From Saccostrea echinata (lineage: Eukaryota), in assembly GCF_033153115.1 (NCBI RefSeq), contig NW_026889751.1, positions 29,016,001-29,080,000 of the forward strand: a stretch of 64,000 nt of DNA, given 5' to 3'. Position 1 is the stretch's first letter. Each line of letters opens with the position of its first letter. The notes beneath the pieces were generated by a model. It worked only from the letters and a program-made list of their open reading frames with translations. It was not told where the DNA came from and did no database searches. The translations under genes were made by a program, and so were the position numbers. Of this stretch, positions 23,230 through 35,200 are shown in pieces.

Positions 23230-24835
23230 AAATATGGAGATAACGACCAGTATTTAATCTAAAGAGTCCATTCAAACAATACAAATCAAAAGTAGAACAA
23301 TCACGAACCTCTGAAACATCAGAAGTGGGATTAGGTGCCATGGTGGAGTGAGTATCCCCTGCCGACCGGTTACACCAGCCGTGTGCTCTTTGTCATGATC
23401 GAGAAAAACGGAAAAATCAGTAAACATTTCAGTGAGTAAATAATGACCTAACAATTAGTATAAAAAACGTCAGTCAGCATTTGACTTAACGATAGACTGT
23501 ATTTGCTGACAAGGTCATTGTATCGACCATACCATAGAACTTGCAAAATGATGACTTCAAACGAGACTGTTGATATCCTTGTTTCATCAACTTGTTTGCC
23601 AATAGGTTGCCTCGTTTTGGAAATTGTTTGTTCGTAGAGCATGCTCTTCCGTATCGAATCATTTGAGAGACACAAAACCCAACTGCTGGTGATAAGGGTA
23701 TATAGCTACATAAGTAAGGGAAGTTGACGATTGAAAAAATGAAGTCATCACGTTTATCATAAGGCTGTGTTGTTAGGTTACCTTTAAAGTATTTTTCTAG
23801 TGAAATATCCAAATTTGAAACAGATGTGTCAGACTCTGTGGTATCTTTTTATTTCAAGCTCACTGGAACATATGAATGGATGTAGCTATTCTTAAGTTTG
23901 AAGTCATCATTTGCTCAGGAATGATGAATATTAATTGCTGTATTTATGAGAGCAGCATAATACATGTATATGTAAAGGATATTAACTTTATACTGTAAAT
24001 GAAGATATTTTATATGTACATAATGAAAGATTTGAAGATTAAACAAATATCGATCTAAAAAAAGAAAGAAAAAACTACAAATAATACAAATCTGTGAACT
24101 GTCACAGGCCATCAATCATGGACCCCCGGAAATCCCATAGGGGGATCAGGTGCCTAGGATGAGTAAGCATCCCCTGTAGATCCGTCAAATCCGCCGTGAG
24201 CCCTATGTATTGATCAGGTAGACATAGTCAAATTAGTATAAACAAAGGCCTAACAGTTGGTAGGAAATAGATCAGTAAAAATAGGACCCAATGATATGAT
24301 GTATCATTATAACGACCATAGAATTTACGAAATGCTGTAACATTAACTTATCTGTCAGTAGCCAGCTTCGGTTTAAAAAAATAATCGTACTCAGAGCATG
24401 CTCTATAGTATCAATTAAGATGGGAGACATAAACACCATATGCAGGTGATAGTGGAATATTACTACAAAAATAAAGAAAATTGACGATGAAAAAGCGTCA
24501 GTCATCTCGTTTGGCATACAATTTAGTTGTTAATTGGCCCTTATCGTCTATAGTCAGTAAAACATCAAAATATGAAACAGAAATGCCAGACTCTGTGTTC
24601 ACAGTCTTTAATTTTATTGCTTAAATATCAGTGTTCATACTTTTATTCATCGTTATTTCCAGATCATGACAAGGAGCACACGGCAGGTGTGACCGGTCGG
24701 CAGGGGATGCTCACTCCTCCATGGCACCTGATCCCACCTCTGATGTTTTGGAGGTCCGTGTTTGCTCTGCTCCTATTTTGTAATGTTCACTGGACTTTTG
24801 AGCGTGAATACTGTTCGTTATCTCCATATATTTCA
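23230..24835. mobile_element. Cluster of Penelope-like fragments (- 23230-23880; - 24110-24600; + 24655-24835)
   Basis: ORF 23486-23812 YDKRDDFIFSIVNFPYLCSYIPLSPA..SQMIRYGRACS; conserved 3' motif in each copy. Confidence 0.75.
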
Positions 24836-25388
24836 TCTATCCCTTTTCTCAATCATCTACCAGAATTCAATATGCGGTGATAACTTGTCGGCACGGACAG
24901 GTGCTGTTATAGGACCGACGCCATCCAAATATAAAAATCCAAAGCTTATATTTACATTCTCTAATTTTCTGTCTTCATAATTCTTAATTTTGTTAATCTT
25001 TATAATGAATTTTGCGCCTTTCATAACTGATGTGCTTAATAGACGTAAGAGCCGTTGTGACGTGAAAAGTTAAATAACGCAAATTAAATGATAAATTAAT
25101 TTGAAACGTACAGTTCCTATATTTTTTTTTTTTGCAAAAATTCAATAGGGTAATTGTTTTTAATTAAATTGAACCAAAACAATATACGTTTTGGTGTTCC
25201 TAGAGTATTGAAAATGCATATAGTTCCTACAGTGTATCCTACCGCGCAGTGATAAGGTTTAGCGTGTGTTATAAGGTATTGAATGTTGTAAATTTCCAGT
25301 GGATTTCTTATAGAAAATTACACTGAATGTAAATATAAAAGTATACTTGGAATATGTTGGCAATCACAATCAAGATCCACAGAATGTG

Positions 25389-25540
25389 NNNNNNNNNNNN
25401 NNNNNNNNNNNNNNNNNNNNNNNNNNNNNNNNNNNNNNNNNNNNNNNNNNNNNNNNNNNNNNNNNNNNNNNNNNNNNNNNNNNNNNNNNNNNNNNNNNNN
25501 NNNNNNNNNNNNNNNNNNNNNNNNNNNNNNNNNNNNNNNN
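25389..25540. other. Assembly gap
   Basis: Run of N. Confidence 1.
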
Positions 25541-26329
25541 ATATGAGAAAAGAAGAAACGAAATCTGGCATTCATTAACATGACGATATTGATGTATTTT
25601 TGGAGGGGGGGGGGTATGTTACACATCATTCTATAAAGGACAAGGTGTCGTAACGGCTGAATCTGGCCACCTAATTTGATATAAAAATCATAACACAGTT
25701 AAAATATGATAGTTTGCATTTAAAAACGTTAAATGATTCTTATTGTAAAACCAGTAAAATTTGAATCAAATTATACAAGGGTGCCACAAGATGGTGATAA
25801 AAGCACAACACTTTATTGAATTTCCTCAACTCTTATGGAATTTCTTTGTTTAATTTTAGATAATTTTCACTTTGGGAAACAAAAAAGCACAAATCTAAGA
25901 CTTTCATATACAAGATGTATCTGATACTAGTGCATGAAATACATAAATTTAGCATAGATAGAAACACTTGTGCTATGCTTTTTCCTGAAAGAAAATTGAT
26001 GAAAATTTGAATAAAGATGAGAAAATATATGGAAGTTGACAATTAATTTTTTTCTGACCTTCCTGTGAACTCTGTGTATCCTATCACTTAGAATCAATAC
26101 TCCTTTTGTAACAGGGATGATAACTTTTTAAAGAATCTCCGAACAATTTATGTATTGTGTAGTAATAAGTAAAATATACTCTAATATATTCCATAATTAC
26201 TTCCTGATTGAACTTAAGAAGTGGGGTGATATCTCCAAGACAAAAGAGGGGTGAATCAAAAACAATAAGTCGTCCCGACTTCCTTCCGCTGACCATCAAT
26301 TTCATTCTTTGCAGAAACCACTGCGATGC

Positions 26330-27047
26330 ATTGAAAGGATTAAACCAATAAAGTTTTGAAAAGTTTGCTTTGTTAGTTACTGAGAAAAATGAAAATTAAA
26401 AAAAATCACCTTTTTCCAGTTTCCCTGGCAGACGGTAGGCATTTAGAAATTTTTGAATGCTGAATAAACAAATAGAGTGTCTAATCATAATTCCTGTAAA
26501 TTTTCATCACAATTGTCCAAGCTACCTCGGAAAAAAATCTGTATATTAACCTTTTTTCTGTTTCTTTCATTCCTAAGGCATGCAACAAAAGATTATAATT
26601 TTTTTAAATAGAAATTACTTTGACAAAATGTAAGGAACAATCCTTACAAGTTTCAAAATGATTGCCTGAGCAGTTTGTGAGAAAATCGAAGTTTAGCAAT
26701 TGTTACTTTTCTTCTGTTTCCATGGCAACGGTGGGTGGTCTGAAAATTTTAAATGCGATTTGCAAAACTACAATTATTGGTTAACATTTCTATGAAGATT
26801 CATTACGATTGTCTAAGATATCAGCAGAACACTTCTGGACAAAATTTTTCACTTTTCGTACGTTTCCATGGCAACGGTAGCCATGTTGAAACTGAATTTT
26901 TTTTCCACACACACATACAGCTGGTCATCATCTTATATGGAAAGTTCCAGCAGCAATGCCCCAGCCATCTGCGAGAAAGTCCCCGGACAACGTTTTCATG
27001 CGTACAATAGCAATATGTCCCCCGACCTCGTTCGGGGTGACATAATT
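26330..27047 (-). mobile_element. Degenerate HINE-like element with GTTTCCATGGCAAC units
   Basis: Repeated GTTTCC(A/C)TGGCA(A/G)(A)CGGT at about 26420, 26716, 26862; terminal hairpin TATGTCCCCGACCTCGTTCGGGGTGACATA. Confidence 0.45.
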
Positions 27048-27684
27048 ATGACGTCATAGGAAGCAGCGAGCAGGCCAAAAATTTTAATAGCGCTGAGGAG
27101 AACGCAAGTGTCCAGAGTAAACGACCTGTGGAAACATTAACAATGCGAAAAACATGTCTAGGAGGGTTGCTTTTCATTGGGTTAATTTTTCCTCTCACAA
27201 ATTATTCAACCAGAGTGAAACGAAGGCGCCGGACGACAATCAACTGTTACGGTCTAAATAGCATTGACCTGCTATGAAAAAGTCGGTACTGCATGATAAT
27301 AGTCAAGATGTATTATGACCTTTCATATAATTTTACATTGGGTAGCAACAACACACATTTTATTTTTTCTTAAAGAATCATTTGAAAAAAAGAGACTTTG
27401 ATTACGAATGTTATATAAGTTATGACAGAAAAAGAAGAAGCTTTCCGATAGTTTCAACATAAGAAAAAAATCTACGGTACCATGACGCTAAAATGACGTG
27501 GCGAAGCTGCTCCAGGTCCATTGACACATGCAAGTTTATAATTTCACCAAGACATTTCAGTAGAAATTTTGCACATTTGTTTTATTTGATCGTGATAAAA
27601 CATTGGCCATGCAGTTTTCATGAATTTGTCTCTTTCCTTTATTGAGTAAAAGTAATTGTCTCAATAATTTCCGAGTGCTTATTG

Positions 27685-29597
27685 TGCTCCTTTATTAGCC
27701 GACCTGTTTATATATTCCTATGAAGCAGAATTATTTCATCAGCTTTTCCACGAGAAGAAGAAAGCACTTTCTGCGGCCTTCAACTCCACATTTAGATATA
27801 CCGATGACTTATTATCAATTAACAATACTTACTTCCATTCAGATGTCGACTCTATAGATCCCAGTGAAATCTGAATAAAAGACACCACAGAGTTGGCCAT
27901 ATCTGTTTCACATTTTGGATGTTTTACTATCTATAGACTATAAGGGCCAATTAACAACTAAACTAGCTGTATGACAAACGAGATGACTTCAGCTTTTCCA
28001 TCGCCAACTTTATTCATGTGGTAATATTCCATATTATATTTTTGTTCGACTATGATCAATTTTTAAACCGGAATTGGCTGCTGACAAATAAAATGCTGTT
28101 ACAGGGATTTTAACAACCACGTTTAAAGTCAGCATTCCGTACATTCTATGGTCGTTATAATGACCTTGTTAGCAAATATAATCTATTATTGGATCGTATT
28201 TTCAGTGACATATTTCATACCAATTGTTAAACCTTTGTTTTTAATACTGAATTTGACTACGGCTCATTCGTCTACCTGATCAAATCATAGGGCGCACAGC
28301 GGGTGTGACCGGTCGACAGGAGATGCATACTCCTCCTACGCAACTGATCTCACCTCTGGAACTTCAAAAGTCCCATGTCTTATGGTCTGTTCACAGATTA
28401 GTATTGTTTATGGATGATTTGGAGATCTATCCCTTTTCACCTATTCATATAAGGGTTACGAGCAGTGCTCATAAGTCCATTCAAACAACACAAACTGTGA
28501 CCAAAACGGCCCACTGAAATCAGAGGAGATATTGTCTCATTTGGAGAGTATAAGCATACCCTGTCGACCTGCAACACCGACCGTGTGCCCCTTGATCGGC
28601 CTAACAATTTTGTATGAAAGATAATCGACATTCGATCTAACGAAAAAATTGCATTAGCAAATAACATAAATATACCATAGGATTTGCGAAATACTGACTT
28701 TACACGAGATAGTTGAAATCCTTGTATCATCAATTTTCTGTCAAATCCTGTCTCATTTTAGAAATCGTTCGTACATAGAACATGCTCTTGAGAATCGAAT
28801 CAAGTTGGTGATATAATCAGGTGATAATGATGCATTGTATGAAAAGTTGAAGTCATAACATTTATCATAAAGTTTAAATGTTAGTTTACCATCAATGTCT
28901 TTCTCTAGTAAAATATCCAAATATGAAACATATGTGTTTCTGAGAAGTCTCTTATTTCCATTTTAATGGGATATAATAATCAAATCAATGTATGAATGAA
29001 AATGAATATTGATAATTAATAAACTCTCAGATATATCTAAATGTCGAATTAAAGGCCACAGCAAGATACCTTTTTTAAAAATTAATCCTGCTAAATACGA
29101 GCACAAAAACAGGTCTGCTAATAATGGGCACAATTAGTACCCATGGGAATTTCAACAGATTGTTGGAAGACCTGGTCTCCAAAAACTACATATTCTAAAT
29201 AACAAACCAAAGCATCATTTAAATATCAATATGGAGTACTTGTGCGTATACCCGTGATCAGATTTTTTTTTAAAACAAAATAAGTTTGCAGACGACCAGT
29301 GACAAGGTATGCAAATTTACGAGTTCCATTTATATTAAAGAAACAGTTGTCATTAAGTCATATGCTGAGTTACGTTTTTCATAACAATTGATAGGCCATT
29401 ATTTACAACTGAATTGTCGACGGATTTTTCCGTTATTTACCGATCATGACAAGGAGCACAGGGCTGGTGTGATGCTCGCTCCTCCATGGCACCTGATCCC
29501 GCCTCTGATGTTTTTGGAGGCCCGTGTTTGCTCTGCTCCCGGTTTATATTGTTTTAATGGACTTTGAGCTGGAATTCTGTTCGTTATCTCCATATTA
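27685..29597. mobile_element. Cluster of Penelope-like fragments (+ 27685-28440; - 28505-29370; + 29400-29597)
   Basis: Remnant peptides APLLADLFLYSYEAE, AFNSTFRYTDDLLSIN, LYDKRDDFSFSI on +; VFQQSVEIPMGTNCAPLLADLF on - at about 29105-29175; 3' motif in each. Confidence 0.75.
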
Positions 29598-30049
29598 ATT
29601 TAATTTATCTTGCGGAATGGTTGCATGAAGTGTTGAATAGTCGTAGGTTTTATGCTATTGTGTTTGATAAAATTTTGTGATTTCAAATTTTCTTAAAGTT
29701 CCTTGGAGTGTTTAAATATCCATCTTTATATAACATTTCGAATATGTTTTGTAAAATACTCATGAAGTTTCTCTTTCTCTGCTGTGAATATTTTTATGAA
29801 GAGAAAAGAAAGAGGCTTGAAAATAACGAACATTTATCATTCACAACAGTCCAACTATACATTACAAACATCGAGCAAACACAGACCTCTGAAAACACTA
29901 GAGATGAGGGCAGGTGCTATGGAGGAGTTAGCCTGTCCAGTCCATGTCGTCCGGTCAACATGCACTCCAAAAGTAAAACTGACATCTACCAAAGGTTTCA
30001 AACTATGCTCACTGCAACACAGTAATGATGAATTAAAAATAATTTTTTA

Positions 30050-30727
30050 GTTTCATGTCGACTTACCCATTTTTACGAAAGTTATTCCAATTTAATTTGA
30101 AATTTTCTAAACATTCTCTGATTCCGGACTTTCAATTGCTGTGCTTGTGGATAGTGAGCTGAATGGTACCTCTATATTGATGGTCTACTAATCAGAGTAT
30201 TACGTCGATTGACCCATTATCAAAAATGTTATTGTCCTCATACTAAGAAAATTGCTAATTATTCACAATGTTTTCCAGACTTTTTAAAGTACGTTAACTT
30301 TGTTGTTAACCACTTTTATGCAGCTAAAGTATGTTGTAATATGGACCCACAAAAGCAAAAGAAGCAATATGACTCTATTGCTGTTTGATTTTCTGTATAA
30401 AATGTTTGCGGGTGCAAGTGTCTCACATTAGTATATTTAATAACGTTTATGAAATGAATTAAAGGGGGAAAATAATTTTCGGTCTTAAAGGTTGCATACA
30501 TTATTTCTTTTCAATCCAGCAAGTCAAAGTTATTTGAAACACAGAACACATTCAATATACATCTTGTTGTATGCAAATATGTTTGGAGTTTTATTTCACA
30601 CTGATGAAATAGTAAAAGAGCAGTGAACTGTTGGGGTTGGATTGTGGTTAACTGTTGGAATTGCCTTCATAGTTACCAGATGATTTTGATTGGTAGGTAC
30701 TGTTTGAATTGGATTGTGGTTAACTCC
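30050..30727 (-). repeat. Inverted diverged copy of 48190-48946 (intron of the membrane-protein gene)
   Basis: Reverse complement of 30640-30727 nearly matches 48191-48276 (CAATCCAATTCAAACAGTAC.CACCAATCAAAATCATCTGGTAACTAT.AAGGCAATTCCAACAGTTAA); collinear blocks continue to 30050/48946. Confidence 0.85.
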
Positions 30728-30744
30728 TTTTAAAATACATGTAT

Positions 30745-31100
30745 TAAGATGTTTCACTGACTATAGACGATAAGGGCCAACTAACAACTACACTGTATTA
30801 AGAAAACTAGATGACTTTATCGTCAACTTTCCTAATTTATCTTGTAATATTCCGTTACCACCTTCACATGGTGTTTATGTCTCCCAACTTATTAGATACT
30901 CAAGAGCAATTTTTATACCGAGGCAGGCTACTGACAAATAAGTTGATATTACAGAGACGCATTAAAAGTCAGCATTTCGTAATTTCTATGATCTAGACCT
31001 TGTTAGCAAATACAACCTATCATGGGTCGTTATTTGACTGATATATTTCATACTTATTGTAAGGTCTTTGTTTTATACTAAATTTGACTACTGATTAATC
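30745..31100 (+). mobile_element. Penelope-like RT 3' fragment
   Basis: GACTATAGACGATAAGGGCCAACTAACAACT... homologous to 16180-16490 and 27930-28270. Confidence 0.65.
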
Positions 31101-33225
31101 TGAACCAATTTTAAAACAAAGTTAAAAAAACGGCACCAAGATATATCACTTTTAAGACTGAAATACCATTGGTAAATTTCTGCTTTTCAACATCTGTATG
31201 TCATCAGCACAAATTTAAAAGTTAAATCCAACAGTTCATAAAAACACTACTCTGGTTCATCGATCATGTGACGTAAATACACAACCAACTTAGATTAGTC
31301 GGCAGCCATTGTATACTGTCTTCCTGTCAGGTAATGTTTACATTACTTGAAAATTTGAATTTACTTGACATTTTAACTTAGTTAACAATGAATTTTGCTG
31401 TAGATTAGGCCTGCATTTTATCAGTAATAATTTTTTAAAAATGTTGAATTCTAAATACATTGAAAACCCACCAACAGAAAAAAAGTGTCAACTCGTAAAG
31501 CAGAGACATGCATGGAATTAGATTTATAAGTCTTTGAGTAAAGATACTAAATGGTTCTAAATGGCACTTCAAAAATGGGAACATTTGAACAAATAAATAC
31601 CTTGATACTTAAATGACCTAAGTCTGAAAATCTCTCTTTTAAACTAAAACAAATGTTACATTATTACAGATCTATGGGAAGTCTAGACTAATTAAGAAAT
31701 AAATAACATTTATTCAGTGAATCTCTATGATGTTATGAATAACAATTTTTCAGCTGGATGATTACGATTAGATTCTCGCTATCGTATGATCTTTGAAATT
31801 ATTCCAGCAGAGCAAATGTTATTTATAGCGCCATGTTCACTGAATAGCGTTGTTTATTACATGTATTTATATTTCATTAGAATGACAGAGGAAAGGCTGA
31901 TCGGGATATGCGCAGTGCTGCATGTCTTCATTAATAGCAAATCTGATGATAATCAGTTAGCATGACTAATCAATAACAACTAACTTTATTTCCAATGTGA
32001 ATCACATACAGATTTTTTTATATCGATTTTCAAATGATTTTCACTCACTTCAAGTTTAAATAAAATATAAGATAAGATCTTTAAAGTGTGTGAAATGTTA
32101 TTGTTTCTTCTAAGAGTAAAAATGTACGAAACCTGTATTCTATTTTAAATTACATGTATACATCTTCGTTCATGACTTACAATTAATTTAAAAAATATAT
32201 TAAAAATAATTCTTAATCAACATTTTTAGTATTTATTATTCTTTTTGGGATTTTAACCTTCATTTCATTACATTTCCAAAAGTGAAATGGTGTAATTAAT
32301 TCATTCAATTAAATTGATATTTTTACAGACGTCATATTTTCACTGTTAAAACATGGGAGTGTTATTTTTACAGTGTAAATATAAAATTATCAAACTTTGC
32401 TTCCCTTCACTAAGTGTTTAAATACTCCCTATTGACAGGATAGAGTGAATATACCATCCTGATACTGACTAAAACTGCTAAAGTTACGCGAATTTTGGTT
32501 AAAATCCATGTTAACAATTTTAATCTTAAAATGGCTTAGCTACACGTATCTCACAACAACGCTAGATAATGGTCGAAAAGGTTACCCCCCCCCCCCCCCA
32601 TAAAAAAAAAAAGAAAAAAGAAAGTGTTAATGAACAGACTATTTAATGACTTTTTGTGGTTGGATATAGAGAAGTGAGACAGAATATTTATATTCTTCAT
32701 TCCTACTTTGCAATCGTGAAAATAAACTTCAACATATTGAATTATCTTCAATTGTTCTTTCAAACAATAATATTGTTGTACATACACTCGTAAACAGCAA
32801 TTATATTGTTTGACAGTCTTCTCATTGCGAAATCTTAAAATAAACTGTATCCAAGATGAGAGCAATTGCGTTTTAATGCAAACATAGGTACAGATTCATA
32901 GAGGGTTGTGAGAGAGTGTGAGAGAGCATATATAATATAATCTTATAGTAACAGTCGATGTGATGCTCTTCTGTGAGCTCAACTAGAAATGACAATCCAC
33001 ACTCTGGTCAAATATAAATGAATGTGTTTATAGTGGATTATACCTGCACTATAACTAAGTCATAACACAATAAATAATTCTACATTTTACAATCAATTTA
33101 AAAATTTTGTAAAAATATCATTGATTTTGTTTTTCTCCTTCTAAATTTCACATTGTATACTTTCAAAATCACCAGTTTCAGACTTAACATCAACCTATTT
33201 ATACTTCAGAATCATACGTATAAGT

Positions 33226-34920
33226 ATGGACACTGTTACCAGTGCCCCAGACGTGAGACAATGTGACCTGTGTGAGACTGTTGAGGTAGAGATACACTGT
33301 GATTCTTGCCTTGCCAATCTGTGTAAGTCTTGTGTTGGAGCACACATGATCACTGATGAATCCAAGGACCACAAACTCATCAAATTGCAGTCCAGGAAAT
33401 CTACCCGCCTCTACCCTGAATGTAAATATCATAACAAACAACAATGCATAATGTACTGTAATCAATGTGAAATTCCTGTGTGTAAAATGTGCCTTGCATC
33501 TGATCAACATAGAAGTCATCAGGTATCAGAAATCTTGAAAGTTGTGAATGAAAAAAAGGATAAATTAATCAAAGAACGAAACGAATTAAATGAGACAGTT
33601 TATCCAAGCTACCAGGACATTGCCTCTGATGTACAACATAGAATGCGTCAGTTAGAAAAGGAATATGGAGATCTTTCTTCAGCAATAACAAAACATGGTA
33701 GGGCCTGGCACAGAGAAATTGAAAAACTTTTAATAAAACTTCAAGCTGAAGTTGATGAGATGAAAAATACACAGTTACAAACTCTACAAAAACATCTGGA
33801 TGAAATAAACAAGAACATTTCTGACATTAAGAATGAAATCATATCAATTGAAAGGGCTATAGATGCCAATGACTTGTCGAAACTTTTTGATATCACATCC
33901 AATGCACATATATACAGTAATCTTCCACAAAAAATTTCTCCTTCTCTACCAAAATTCATTCCAGGAAAAATTCAAGGAGAAGAATTCAGTAAACTATTTG
34001 GAGCCCTATCACCAAGTTCTTTAACATCAGATGAATCCGGCTACAGCATGAAATTAACACATAAATCAACAGAAACTGGATCCTCTCCTCCAGTCAAACA
34101 GCTGCTTGACGAACCAGAAATTGTTACAAATATAGACACTGGGTATGAATACCTTATCAATGTGGCCTGTCTGAGTGACGAAGAAATCTGGACAAGGGGA
34201 AATGACAGCACCATGAAACTCTTCAACATCAATCAGGGATCACTACTCAAATCAATCAAAACCAAGTCAGGTAACATACCATGGGACATAGCAGTAACGA
34301 AAAGTGGAGCTCTAGTTTACACCGATGTCAGTGACAGAACTGTGAACATTGTGAAGAATAAGAAGATAGAGAACGTAATCAGACTCCATAACTGGACACC
34401 ACGTGGTGTCTGTGGCACCTCCTCTGGTGACCTCCTGGTTACCATGTGTAGTCATGACGACAAACATTCAAAAATTGTTCGTTATTCCGGTTCCATAGAG
34501 AAACAAACTATTCAGTTTGATGATCAAGGAAAACCTCTCTATTCGCTTTACACATGTATAACTGAAAACAGGAATTTGGATATCTGTGTATCTGACAACA
34601 AAGTTAGAGCTGTAGTGGTGGTCAATAAGGCCGGGAAACTGAGATTCAAATATACTGGACATATTCCTGCTCCAAAGAACAAAGCATTCATTCCACTAGG
34701 AATCACCACAGACAGTCAGAGTCACATCCTTACTACTGATGATAACAATCACTGTGTCCACATTATAGATAAGGATGGACACTTCCTCCGTTACATAGAC
34801 TGTGGTCTGCGTGAACCTGTGGGACTTTGTACAGATATAAATGATAATCTATTTGTTGCTCAATGGAGAAATAGACAAGTGAAGAAAATCAAATACCTGG
34901 TCAGATGTATCACTGTATAG
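33226..34920 (+). CDS. RING-less TRIM-like B-box/coiled-coil/NHL protein (copy 2)
   Basis: 564-aa ORF, close paralogue of 20352-22049 with a complete B-box1 (IHCDSC); acceptor ATACTTCAG at 33209. Confidence 0.92.
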   Translation: MDTVTSAPDVRQCDLCETVEVEIHCDSCLANLCKSCVGAHMITDESKDHKLIKLQSRKSTRLYPECKYHNKQQCIMYCNQCEIPVCKMCLASDQHRSHQVSEILKVVNEKKDKLIKERNELNETVYPSYQDIASDVQHRMRQLEKEYGDLSSAITKHGRAWHREIEKLLIKLQAEVDEMKNTQLQTLQKHLDEINKNISDIKNEIISIERAIDANDLSKLFDITSNAHIYSNLPQKISPSLPKFIPGKIQGEEFSKLFGALSPSSLTSDESGYSMKLTHKSTETGSSPPVKQLLDEPEIVTNIDTGYEYLINVACLSDEEIWTRGNDSTMKLFNINQGSLLKSIKTKSGNIPWDIAVTKSGALVYTDVSDRTVNIVKNKKIENVIRLHNWTPRGVCGTSSGDLLVTMCSHDDKHSKIVRYSGSIEKQTIQFDDQGKPLYSLYTCITENRNLDICVSDNKVRAVVVVNKAGKLRFKYTGHIPAPKNKAFIPLGITTDSQSHILTTDDNNHCVHIIDKDGHFLRYIDCGLREPVGLCTDINDNLFVAQWRNRQVKKIKYLVRCITV

Positions 34921-34944
34921 ATTAAATAATAATAATATAATGTA

Positions 34945-35200
34945 CTGCTGACGTTTTTCATACCTTCATACCAATTGTTAGGAAATTATTTACACACTGA
35001 CATTTCTAAGGATTTTTCCGTATACTCGATCATTACAAGGAGCACACGGCGGGTGTGACCGGTCGACAGGGAATGCCTACTCGTCTATGGCACTTGATCT
35101 CGCCTCTGATGTTTTTGACGGTCCAAAGTTGCTATGCTCCCGATTTGTATTGTTTAAATGGACTATGAGCTTGAATACTGTTCGTTATCTCCATATTTCA
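34945..35200 (+). mobile_element. Penelope-like 3' fragment just downstream of the TRIM copy 2 stop codon
   Basis: Homologous to 12512-12765; absent after the stop of copy 1. Confidence 0.75.

Noticed and set aside
24720-24760. Hammerhead ribozyme in the PLE repeat (CTGATC/CTGATG)
   Set aside because: Lacks the CUGANGA..GAAA..UH core in a compatible stem arrangement.
24572-24880. Recurrent short ORFs with AGVTGRQGMLTPPWHLIPPL
   Set aside because: Translations of the repeated non-coding PLE 3' motif; frames are not conserved among copies.
25308-25629. ORFs spanning N runs, and the (YI)n ORF at 56367-56561
   Set aside because: Artefacts of assembly gaps and microsatellites.
26050-26230. Weak inverted similarity to 38918-39040
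   Set aside because: Only three short words match in AT-rich DNA; not convincing without an alignment.
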